Below the pieces are notes generated by a model that was not told the origin of the DNA, did not search any database, and saw only the letters and a program-made list of their open reading frames with translations. Made by a program: the position numbers and the translations under genes. From Nemertoderma westbladi (lineage: Eukaryota; Animalia; Xenacoelomorpha), in the NCBI GenBank assembly GCA_032718475.1, contig JAUCBJ010007625.1, positions 1-47,964 of the forward strand: 47,964 bases of DNA. Reading direction: 5' to 3'. Of the stretch, positions 37,408-47,964 are shown in pieces (within the stretch, counting starts at the first letter, position 1; every line of letters begins with the position of its first letter).

Positions 37408-38350
37408 ATGTCTTAAAGTAAATATCAAAACTACGCAAATTCTTATTTAATTTTACTGTGATATTTTTATGTTCTTCATCAAACAGCCAAGGTACTATAA
37501 AGCCGCCTTTTTTCACTATATATCGATAAAAATATTCTGTGATATTGTAAATAACTCATTAGGTTCGTTACTTTTTCCTGAGATGTAGATAGAATTCCGC
37601 AGCTCTTTCCAATAATATGGATTATATAACTTGGGAACTTATTACTTTATAAAATGGATTTTACTCTGCAAAGTGTCTTTACTCTACAAATTGGACAAAT
37701 TTTAGTATGAATTGTAGCGAAACATAAAGGTCCTGTGTTCGATCCAGGTTGAATATTTTGTTATCTGAAAAATTGCGAAATGAAATTTAGTTACTGGTGA
37801 AAAATTACAGGTAGAAAGACACCTGAAATAAAAGATATGAAAATACTGGTTAGTGAAAAATAGCGATTTGAAAAATAGTAGAAGTTACCTGCTGCTAAGT
37901 GTAGACACCCGAGCACCTGAAAAATAAAGGCTCGCGATTGGTTGGAAAGAGTAGAGAAGGAGTTCGCTGGGTGACTAATAACGCCTCTAGCGGAAAATGC
38001 GTGAACATGAGAAGTTACCATGGTAATGGTTGAAATGCTGGCTTCTGATTAGTTGAAATAATAACGACCACTGGTAAAGGTTGAAATGGTGGCTTCTGCA
38101 GGAGTAGCAGGAGTAGAAAACATGGTAATGCTGGGCTATGGGTGACCTTGATACCGTGTCATATCTTCATATACTACTGGTGATGGTAATACCCCCTACT
38201 GGCACAAGAAGTAGAGGAAATCCAGCAAAGAGTGGGTGCGACCTCAACATTTTGTTAAATTTTCAATGTTTAATTAATTAAATGAGATTTAAAACGTAAA
38301 ACATTACAACATTTGATTTAGACACACTGCTACTTTCTCATTCAACTAAC

Positions 38351-41300
38351 CCTTGTTGTATCCTCCGTTGTTTGGTACCGATTATCACCTTGGGATTGGA
38401 GTGGATCTTGAAAGGACCGATGTGATTGGATAGGAATATCCTGTTGCATATGGGTGTTATATGGGTCGGTTCTACCAGAACCATATTCTCTTGCTTGATA
38501 GTCATTCGTGGTTTCACGGTAGCCACGGTGCTCACTAGAAACGTTTGTTCTGTCACGGTGGTCACCAGAAACGTTTGTTCTGTCACGATGGTCACCAGAA
38601 ACATTTGTTCTCTCACGGTGGTCACCAGAAACGTTTGTTCTGTCACGGTGGTCACCAGAAATGTTCGTCCTGTCACGGTGGTCACCAGAAATGTTTGTTC
38701 TGTCACGGTGGTCACCAGAAACGTTATTTCTGTCACGGTGGTCACCAGAAACGTTATTTCTGTCATGGTGGTCACCAGAAACATTATTTCTGTCACGGTG
38801 GTCACCATAAACGTTATTTCTGTCACGGTGGTCACCAGAAACGTTATTTCTGTCACGATAGTTACCAGAAATGTTTGCTCTGTCACGGTGCTCACCAGAA
38901 ACGTTTGTTCTGTCACGGTGCTCACCAGAAACGTTTGCTCTGTCACGGCGGTCACCAGAAATTTTAGACCTAGATCTCTCCACATAATCATCGGAAATGT
39001 TAGTCTTCTGATGGTGGTCCCCAGAAACATTTGGAGAGGGATGGTAGTCTTCAAACATGTGAGTTTTATCTCGGAAGTCGCCAGAAACATTATTTTTGCC
39101 ATAAGAGTCACCAGACCTGTGGGATGAGTCACGGTAGTCCGACCCACCAGAACGGTTGCGGTCCCAGTCAGTTGAGACTCCCAGTCTATCGTCACAGTCT
39201 CTACCGCGATCGTATATGTTATTTGCTGCAACCCGACCTTGCCTCCCTAAGTAATTTCTATCACGGCTATAATCCTCGCGAGAATTCGTATACGAGCCAT
39301 AATCATCATTAGTATTGGCCGTATAATTGCTGTAACCTTTATCATACTGACCCCCGCTAGTTAATTCGGACACTTCTGATTGGTCAGTTCTACGTCCAGC
39401 ACTCCTGTTATGCTGCCTGGCACCCCTTTGTGGTTGGTTTCTATATTCCGGCTCGTGGCGCCCGTCTGCGTCGTTGGCTCGTCTCCGACGACCGTCTGGG
39501 GACGGCGACCGGGTGTCTCGCCGACGCCGTCCCCCCACGGTCGGATCGTGGCTCGCTGCGCGGACTGCGGAGTCGCCGGTAGCCCTGCCGCGTCCGCGAT
39601 CCGTCTCGTACCGACTGACCGACGGCTCGTACAGCTGATCCGAGTTCCGCTCCGTGTGTCGGTCGCTCAGGCCCGATTGCCCGTGGTAACGACGCTCGCT
39701 GTGCCGATCCAGCGTCGCGTATCTGTCCTCCTCGACGATGTCGTCGTATCGCAACGGCCGATCTCGACGGCGAAGTCGCGGGCTCTCACTGTGTTCCCCA
39801 CTCGACGGAGAGTGGTACGGCTTAGCGCGCCGCGTAGTCACAACGCCCCCGGATCCACCCGGACTCGAATCGGAGTCGGAGACACGCTTTCTACGCGATT
39901 TATTCTCGCGGTATCGCCGGAGATTGGAGGTGGACGCGAAGGATCCCTCGACTGGTACGGTTGGTTGGAAGCGATCGAGGCTGTGAGCGCGGCGGTGAGA
40001 GGTTGTCTGCGGGAGCGGGCGATCGTCTCGGGGCGGACGCGCCCGCGAGCGCCCGCGTGGCAACGTGGAGTAGGCGGCGACTGCGCTGTCCGAGTAGCGG
40101 TCGTAGGAGCGACTGCGACGGTGCAACGAGCCGCCTTCCGGTAGGGAGTAGCCAACGGCCTCGTCGGAAGCGGGGGAGAGTAAACCACGGAGAGAGGGAA
40201 GCATAGCGGACTCGGAGAGAGTCCGAGTGGGAGGATGGGAAGCGACGGGTTGCTCGGGAAATCCGCGAGCCGTTATATCGGCGGATAGCATCGCTAACGT
40301 CGTCTCATATGGTGTGTCCGGGGGCAGCGGCTCGAAGTCGGGTTTACTTAACTCCTTGGCGAGGTAAAGTTCGGTGGGATTCCTTGCGCTCGGGAAGGTG
40401 GGAGGGAAAAAGACGGATGAGAGATAATTCGGAGGAACTGATGAACGCTGGGCCTCGGTGAGCCGTCGGTTCAACGCGGCGATCTGGTCGTTCAGGTAGG
40501 TCACACTGGCAGTGGGGTCTGTCAGCATCGTCTGTGAGTCGAAGCCAACCTGCTGGGGTGGATGGACCTGAAACGTGAGAGGAATGGGTGGCTGGAACGG
40601 GGACAGCACCGGTTGAGAACTAGTTAATCCGCCGGTTAAACTCGGTTGCAGTAGTAACCGTGACGTCATTGAAGTAGTTGGTGGCAAGGCGGAAGCTGCA
40701 AGAGAAAGGGAGTTAAGCGCGGCGTCCAGCGAATCGCTGGAATCTAATTGGTTGTTAAACGCGATGGTTGGCATGGAGAAGGTAGAACACGTGGTTGTCA
40801 CGTGGGTGGCAGATGAGAAGGGTTGATGCTGGGTAGCGATAGCGAGCAAGGGAATGTAGTTGGATGACGTCACTGGGAAGGCATGGCAACCTGCCGTAGT
40901 AACGATTATGGAAGGGGCGGCACTCTGTGCGTAGTTATAGTTCTGGAATGGTCGTCTAGTGGTCGTTGAGTGGTCATGTAGGAAGTTGGAGGTGCTGGTG
41001 ACGAGACTGTCGTACCTGTAGAAGGCGTCGTTGCCGAGGGGGGTGGGCCCACCTGGGTAGACGGGGCAGGTTGCATCCGATTGGAGCGAGGAAGCGCGTA
41101 GCGCCCCGGTCGAGGGAATAATCTCGGTCTCCGGGGAGCTGTGGTGTCTGAACAAGGGTTTGTGCCCGAGCGTTGTGCCGAGCGCGCCGCCTGGGGGCGC
41201 TAACAGACCGCCCGTGGTCCAGCCAGTTCGGCTCGATGGCACGGTACAGGTGCGAGCGTGATTGCACATCGGCGAGCTCGCATGGCACTTCTGGCAAGAA

Positions 41301-41416
41301 GAAATTGTGGCGTTAGAAGCACCACCAGCGTAGGTGGTTGGAACCGAATTGAAGTTCGCCTGTTCCAAACGTTGTAACTCGATGGGGTTGATAATACGAG
41401 GTGCTGGATTGTAATC
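38351..41416 (-). CDS. 3066-nt exon encoding ~1022 aa of S/P/T-rich then R/D/S-rich low-complexity protein, probably the N-terminal part of the long DLGAP-like isoform
   Basis: Within the 1029-codon ORF, GC-rich relative to its flanks. Acceptor ttttttttccag|GAT at 41416 and donor AGG|GTTAGT at 38351, both phase 0. The upstream start exon was not identified. Confidence 0.85.
38523..38961 (-). repeat. Coding 30-bp tandem repeat (~14.5 copies) encoding SGDHRDRTNV-type decapeptides
   Basis: On the + strand TGTCACGGTGGTCACCAGAAACGTTTGTTC recurs every 30 bp with no indels, inside the large exon. Confidence 0.95.
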
Positions 41417-41712
41417 CTGGAAAAAAAACAAAATAATACGTTACAAATACCGGGGCACCCTAATAATAAAGCAATTTACATGACTCAAAAGGATGTCAAA
41501 AGGATGTCCCACTCACAGGAATGGAAAGTAGAAGGAAAATACTCAAAATTGGAATAGAAAAATTGAAACGGAACAAAATAAATATTTAAGTCAATTATAA
41601 ATTTCTATATTTTACTTGAAATAACAAAAAATGGAAATATTTAAATAGCGCCAAATCATTTTGTCCTAAAACGCTTAAAAATACAATCAGGCAGGTTTGG
41701 GACCTTGTAGGT

Positions 41713-41975
41713 TCCATCTTGGTGTAGTGGATAAATCCGTTGCCCTGAATTAATATCTCTCCGGAGGTTGTGGGTTCGATCCTCGCATTGGGGCAGGGCA
41801 GTTTTCGTTTCGGGACGAATTATGTAAAGGACCTGCTTTGCCTCCATAAATGGTAGCTAAATGAGTACTAGGAGATTCCTAATAGGGAGTTGGGGGGGAC
41901 CGTACTTGAAATAAGCCGTCAGACTTTGAGCGTAATCCCTGGCCCAGCCGAAAACAATTATACTGTATTATTTTT
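41713..41975 (+). mobile_element. Second tRNA-derived SINE-like element
   Basis: A box TGGTGTAGTGG and B box GGTTCGATCC, then a non-tRNA body including TAAATGAGTAC and an AT-rich tail. No clean cloverleaf or TSD. Confidence 0.6.
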
Positions 41976-42400
41976 ACTTTATGGGAATGTACATAATCAA
42001 AACACCAATTAGGGGGGGGGGGGGGGGGGGGGGTGGTAACAACAACCCCCCCCCCCCCCCCCCCCCCCACTTATTTTTTCTTAATTTGCAGTCCTATATG
42101 TAAGACACAGAAGTTGCAATAACCTTTAAAGAGTGAGTAAAATGGAGTTTTCTCAAATTACTTGCAAACCTTTTCTACTTCGATGCTCTTTAAAATCATG
42201 TAATAAAATTGAAGAAATTCCACCAAAATAATTTTTAAGAAATTTGTTCTAAGACAGTGGCCTCCGGATTTCTTCTACAACGAAATAATAACAATTAATA
42301 TCCAGAAAATTGTCAATAAATCAGAATTATAACTATATACGTCATTGTTCATAAAATAGCACTTTATAGCGTTTAAAGAGCTAAGCTAAAGAGCTTTAAA

Positions 42401-42697
42401 GGGCTACTGTCCGGGAGGCTACTGCCTAGGGGGCTACTGTCCGGAGGTCTACTGTAAGGGGACTACTGTCCGGGGTTTGGGCTACCGCCTGGGGGCTACT
42501 GTCAGGATGATACTGTCCGGGGTCTTCTGTCCGGGGTCTACTGTCCGGGTAGCTACTGTCCGGGTGGCTACTGTCCGGGAGGCTACTGTCTGTCCGATCG
42601 GGCTACCGTCTGGGGGGCTACTGTCCGGGTGGGCTATCGTCTGGGGGCTACTGTCCGGGGGCAACTGTCCGGGGGGCTACTTTCCGGGGGCTATTGC
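42401..42697. repeat. Degenerate ~15-16-bp G-rich tandem repeat
   Basis: GGGCTACTGTCCGGG-like units. Confidence 0.9.
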
Positions 42698-42856
42698 CCT
42701 TACACTTATGAAATTACCTTTCATATAAATCAAAAATTACAAAAAAACGGATAATTAAATGGGGTGATAGTAGTATTTATCTTCCCGCGTAAAACTGTAT
42801 GGGTTGGTTTTGGTGCCGGACAGGAAGCACACCACCACGCTAACATTATATATACG

Positions 42857-42933
42857 GGGATCGGGGTCGAGGTCGGGGACGGCGTCGGGGTCGGGGTCGG
42901 GGACGGCGTCGGGGTCGGGGTCGGGGTCGGGGA

Positions 42934-42974
<41 letters not shown>

Positions 42975-42977
42975 ACG

Positions 42978-43022
<45 letters not shown>

Positions 43023-43093
43023 ACGGGGTCGGGGTCAGGGTCGGGATCGGGGTCACGGTCGGGGTCGGGATCGGGATCGGAGTCGGGGTCGGG
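42857..43093. repeat. (GGGGTC)n hexanucleotide microsatellite
   Basis: About 39 hexamers with GGGGAC, GGCGTC and GGGATC interruptions. Confidence 0.97.
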
Positions 43094-43859
43094 ATTTTTC
43101 GGGGTCGCTGATTTCATATTTCATTTCCAATGTCAGTTTAATATTTCGTATACTCTAGTCTGTCCGTCTGTCGGTTGTCTAGGTCTGTCTGTCTTATATT
43201 TTGACATACAGATATTCCACGATAACTCGAGAACCAAAAGAGACCTCTCTAAGCCGTTTTCCGAGTTGATATCCACATTAAGTTCTACTCTAGATGCAAT
43301 AAATATCAAATTTATGAAATTTTGATCAAAATTTTAATCTAACAAATATATGAAATTAACATGTTTTGAATTCCAGTCTAAAACAGTGAATTTTGGAAAT
43401 GCTTCGCCGACAAAACTGTTAACATGAGCAAATGTGAAAATGCAACATGAACTCTTATTTTAATGATTAATTATTAATTTATTATTGATTTATTTATATT
43501 ATTTATTATTGATTAATTAATTAATTCGATTAACCTGGTTATTTTTCCGTTAAAAACGATCGAATTTACTTACTTACTGCCTTACTAAAACGAGGCCATA
43601 GAATATAATAATAATATAATAGAATAGAGTAATACAAAATCATCTGGATAAATGGCGCCTTATCTTAGAAGAAGCAGCTGCTTTGAGAAATACTTTTTAT
43701 TTTTTTTAATATTTTTTTTATTCTTTTTGCTACTATTATTTTTTCTGAAAAATCTTATTACGGGGGGGGGGGGGGGGGGGAAGGACCACGCTACGCCTCT
43801 GGTTGTCGGATGTCGGCGTATCGTTGGGGTAAAGCAAGGCTGTATTTGGGTAAAACCAG

Positions 43860-44100
43860 CTGGCCTCAACTGTGATCGGAGATCATGAGACAGTTGATAA
43901 TATGAGTAGACCCATGTGCCATGTGATACAAAACGTGCTGAATGGGAAATGAAGAATGAGAACACCGAACGAAATGGAAAACGTGCTAGACCGTGGAGAC
44001 ATCGGTATGTAAATAATGCACTTTGGTAAACAATTAGTTTCATTACAGGAAGTGGTAGCCAAAGTGTAGTTCCCTTAGTAATAGAGTGAATCGTCCACAC
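43860..44100 (-). mobile_element. Old L2/CR1-like LINE 3' ORF remnant
   Basis: Minus-strand WLPLPVMKLIVYQSALFTYRCLHGLA...HDLRS resembles the WLP...YK...L.Y.CLHGLAP C-terminal block of L2/CR1 ORF2. Confidence 0.5.
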
Positions 44101-46663
44101 TATCTGATACCAAGCTTTATTCTGGGCGTCTAAAATTTCTTGATTACATTAACAAGAATTTAAGGAATCTAACTTAGTTGAAATATTCGCGTGAATAAAC
44201 ATTCGGATAACGAGTAAATAAATGTTCACCCTCTCCCAACCTTCAACTGACCAAGATAGTTGGACACACCACACCCACTCACAGACATAAAATCAATAAA
44301 TGAAATAAGATTAATTATTTAATAATACATTTTGATCGATATTGTCAAGTCCCGCCCAACCACTCGGTCACTTAAAAACATCGCAATTCGTGGAATCTTG
44401 GGCAAATAACCAAGAAATCAATGACGCTACACAAGTAGCTATTTGACATAGCTATCGACGTAAGCGGCTATAATTATTAGAGATTTGAATAGAAAATTTA
44501 AAATGACGCATTGTAAATATTTTCTACATAAAGGCGTGATTAGTGGTATACCACTAAACGACAATTAATACACGAATGGTATTAGAGGTATAAATGATTA
44601 ATGGGAATGCTACTCAGCTAACACGTTCGTGGGGCCTTCGCGCAGCACGACAGCCTATATTAGAAAGTACATTATAGTAATCTCTATTAGATATACGAAA
44701 TCCAAAATATATATGAGTGAAGGCGATGCTATCAGTTTGCGATAAACTAGTTGTAAAAACAGAGATCAGTTTGCCCTTACACACTTTAACTGTCATTTGT
44801 GAACCTTCTAACTAGGGCTATTTAAGTTAATATGACAATTTTAGTTTTACAATACTCTTCTCCTTCATTAGCCTCGTTGCGCTCGTCTTGTCTTACAATA
44901 ATTTTCATAAACGGAAACTAACGACCTTTATAACTATGCAAAGTCTCGAAACTGTGAGAGTAACTGCTGATTTATGGCAGATGGATACTCGTATCCACTG
45001 TAAACTCGTTGCGTTCGTTCGTTTTTTTTTTTACCAAACTTCAGATTCTTTCTAAACTCTTACCGGACTACATACATACCAAGTTTTGTTTAATTTCATC
45101 AAGGAATAACCGAGTTATTAGCGATCAAAAATTTACGACGACAGACGACTGACGACGACAGACAACTCGTTAATGGCACCCATATGCTAAGGCTTCTCTC
45201 ACTTCATGGCTCGCCCCACAATTAATCATCTGACCTACTTTTCAGTTGTGACAGGGGACAAGAGTTCTTTGTAACACTTGTGACTCGTATCTTAAGATCT
45301 ACGCCCTATAAACAGTAATAGAAATACAATGTTGCGTTGTGCTGAAAGCTGAAATGCTGTACTGCTTTATTAGGAAAACAATGAAAAATTGCATTTGATT
45401 TTGGTTGCGAGTATTGAGTTTGAGTTTTGCCAGATTTAGCACTTATTGAGTGCGAACGAAGCGAGTGCTAAGGTATTATGCCAACAATACCCGATACAGG
45501 ACGCAATGCTAAAGGGCAATATCTAAATTCCCAAACAATTTATCATCAAATGATTACCTTATTCCGAGTAGACCAGCTCCATAGGCCATATTATAATTTA
45601 CAATTGTAATTCGCCCAGCAGGGATATTAAATATAAATGTCTGTCAATAGGCACCGGCACCACCACCACCCCCCCCCCCCCCCCCCCCCCCCTCTCTTGG
45701 GCCCTGTAGATTTGTGGCACGGTGGGATTTCCAATTAAAGTTAATTCATTTAGAGATAACTGATTTGAAAACATCCCCGGGATGCCAGAAAGCTCTATAT
45801 CTTAAGTACGTCCAGCCATCTAATACTAAAGTATAGCTAAATCTCTGATACGTTATTAAAACGTTTATTAGATTCTAGACATTTACTACTGATTTGAGGC
45901 TAATGAAAAAATACAAATGATATCCAGTTGGTGTCTCAAGTGTTGCAGTGAGACCGTTTGAACTGCAGCCATTATCAGGAAATTAACTCATCTGGATTGC
46001 AGGACGCGGACAAGAAGTCAAAATGTCAGGCCGGTAATAAGATGCGAATAGGCTTGGATAACGATAATAGAACGCGCAACAATTCAACTATCTAATAAAT
46101 AGTCAGCAGTACATTAGATACGTCGCCAACAGCTATTCAGCTAATAGGAATATCAGGGGGCGGGCAGGGTAGATAAATAGGCATGCCCGCGTCGCAACCA
46201 ATGATTACAAATCCTATCGAGATTACCATCAAACTGCCTCGATTCCGTCGACGGGTGTTACATTGAATGCATGAACGGGAATATGACGGATGTTAACAAA
46301 ATTAATCCCATCAGACGTTGATAAATAAACCTTGAAGTGCGACAAGACAACCCGACGTAATATTCATGTGCGCGATAAAGTTTATTTATAATTATTGCCA
46401 AGTAATCGGCAACAGGTGAAAGCATTGCCGTTCGTTAATTCGGTACATACAAGCTTGCAAGCCTCGATGTATCACAATAAACAAACAGTGACTAATTCTT
46501 AAAGACATTGAAGCAACAAGGAAAATTGTAGAATTATCTGGAGTGTCGGTCATTTTGCCAGATATGTTTTTAGATCTCAGGAGAACGATACCGCCGAGCA
46601 GAACAGATTTACAGTGGCGGGCTATAATATATTATACAAAAATTGAATAAGATAGAAGACATA

Positions 46664-47909
46664 CCGTATTTACTCGAATAAGAGCCCACCCTCGAATAAA
46701 TGCCCCCTCGAATTAACGCCCCCCTTACCATCAAATTAACAACTTAAACGCCTTCCCCGAATAAACGCCGCGGCGTTTATTAATATTAATACTGTATTAA
46801 ACATTGGTATTCCAGTTCAGAAGGGCCTGATAAATACATAAAATCATACTTTAGGTTCCAAATAGGGTTAGACGGAGGGTTCCCAGTTAGGTTTAAGGAG
46901 ACTTTTTGTCTAGGGTTTCGATGGCCGAGTCAAGAAGTAAACCCAGAAATAACAAGTGTATGTGTACTGTGTAGGCTGGCCCTATTTTTTATTAGGGTTT
47001 TATTACATTCAAAATGCTGAAAATCTAGAACATAAACGCCCAAACTAGAACCACACAATTTGTAACTTAAACGTCTTCCCCGAATAACCGAATAAACGCC
47101 CTCCTCGAATAAACGCCTTCCCCGAATAAACGCCTTCCCCGAATAAACGCCTTCCCCGAATAAACGCCTTCCCCGAATAAACGCCTTCCCCGAATAAACG
47201 CCTTCCCCGAATAAACGCCAAACGCCTTCCCCGAATAAACGCCTTCCCCGAATAAACGCCTTCCCCGAATAAACGCCTTCACCTCGAATAAACGCCAAAC
47301 GCCTTCCCCGAATAAACGCCTTCCCCGAATAAACGCCTTCCCCGAATAAACGCCTTCCCCGAATAAACGCCAAACGCCTTCCCCGAATAAACGCCTTCCC
47401 CGAATAAACGCCTTCCCCGAATAAACGCCTTCCCCGAATAAACGCCAAACGCCTTCCCCGAATAAACGCCTTCCCCGAATAAACGCCTTCCCCGAATAAA
47501 CGCCAAACGCCTACCCCGAATAAACGCCTTCCCCGAATAAACGCCTTCCCCGAATAAACGCCTTCCCCGAATAAACGCCAAACGCCTTCCCCGAATAAAC
47601 GCCTTCCCCGAATAAACGCCTTCCCCGAATAAACGCCTTCCCCGAATAAACGCCAAACGCCTTCCCCGAATAAACGCCTTCCCCGAATAAACGCCTTCCC
47701 CGAATAAACGCCAAACGCCTACCCCGAATAAACGCCTTCCCCGAATAAACGCCTTCCCCGAATGAACGCCAAACGCCTTCCCCGAATAAACGCCTTCCCC
47801 GAATAAACGCTAAACGCCTACCCCGAATAAACGCCCTCCCCGAATAAACGCCTACCCAATTGGCTATTTATCAACTTAAACGCCCAGGCTCTTATTCGAG
47901 TAAATACGG
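46664..47909. mobile_element. Tc1/mariner(pogo)-type MITE with internal 18-bp array
   Basis: Perfect 23-bp TIR CCGTATTTACTCGAATAAGAGCC / GGCTCTTATTCGAGTAAATACGG, with TA on both flanks (46662-46663 and 47910-47911). No transposase ORF. Confidence 0.92.
47080..47855. repeat. 18-bp minisatellite inside the MITE
   Basis: CGAATAAACGCCTTCCCC tandem units, with an extra AAACGCC every 2-4 units over most of the array. Confidence 0.97.
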
Positions 47910-47964
47910 TACTCCGATATATTTAACGACTATTTCACACTCATATTCATATTGTGGTATGTAT

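Larger units (their letters stand above)
32312..38178 (+). mobile_element. Internally deleted Polinton/Maverick (adintovirus-like) element
   Basis: TIRs of ~450 bp (32312-32763 and 37724-38178) starting AGTAGTATATGAAG and ending CTTCATATACTACT. Flanking 6-mers GGTGGT and GGTGAT fit a 6-bp TSD with one mismatch. Internal pPolB N-terminal remnant. Confidence 0.85.

Noticed and set aside
38338-40206. Overlapping and antisense ORFs including the (FCHGGHQKR)n Cys/His repeat
   Set aside because: These are shadow frames of the 30-bp repeat and of the GC-rich exon. Only the 1029-aa frame spans the whole GC-rich block and fits the splice phases.
42730-43325. PT, DP, GV and GS dipeptide-repeat ORFs
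   Set aside because: Translations of the GGGGTC microsatellite.
46930-47714. AFIRGRRLFGEGVYSGK repeat ORFs
   Set aside because: Translations of the 18-bp array inside a MITE, with frames shifting at each 7-bp duplication.

Overview
AT-rich animal (probably invertebrate) genomic DNA, not prokaryotic. Most of the window lies inside one large minus-strand gene whose exons can be linked by splice signals and reading phase: 41416-38351 (a 3-kb low-complexity exon with a 10-aa repeat), 32061-31907 and 15003-14765, the last encoding the start of a GKAP/DLGAP (SAPAP/vulcan/HURP family) domain. A probable alternative first coding exon, 17298-16265, starts MGCCNS (a myristoylation/palmitoylation-type N-terminus) and splices in phase to the same GKAP exon. 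The introns are full of repeats: a ~14.1-kb, 84-bp satellite with higher-order structure (574-14723); a 5.9-kb internally deleted Polinton/Maverick (~450-bp TIRs, AGTAGT ends, pPolB N-terminal remnant, internal fold-back palindrome); an RTE LINE with a 30-bp TSD plus an inverted fragment of the same family; an RTE-X-like LINE interrupted by a tRNA-derived SINE; a Tc1/mariner-type MITE with an expanded 18-bp internal array; and several mini/microsatellites. All family assignments are from motif recognition by eye, without database searches. I see no clearly new biological system; the best leads are the alternative lipidated DLGAP isoform, the satellite made of repeated splice-site-like units, and the Polinton remnant.
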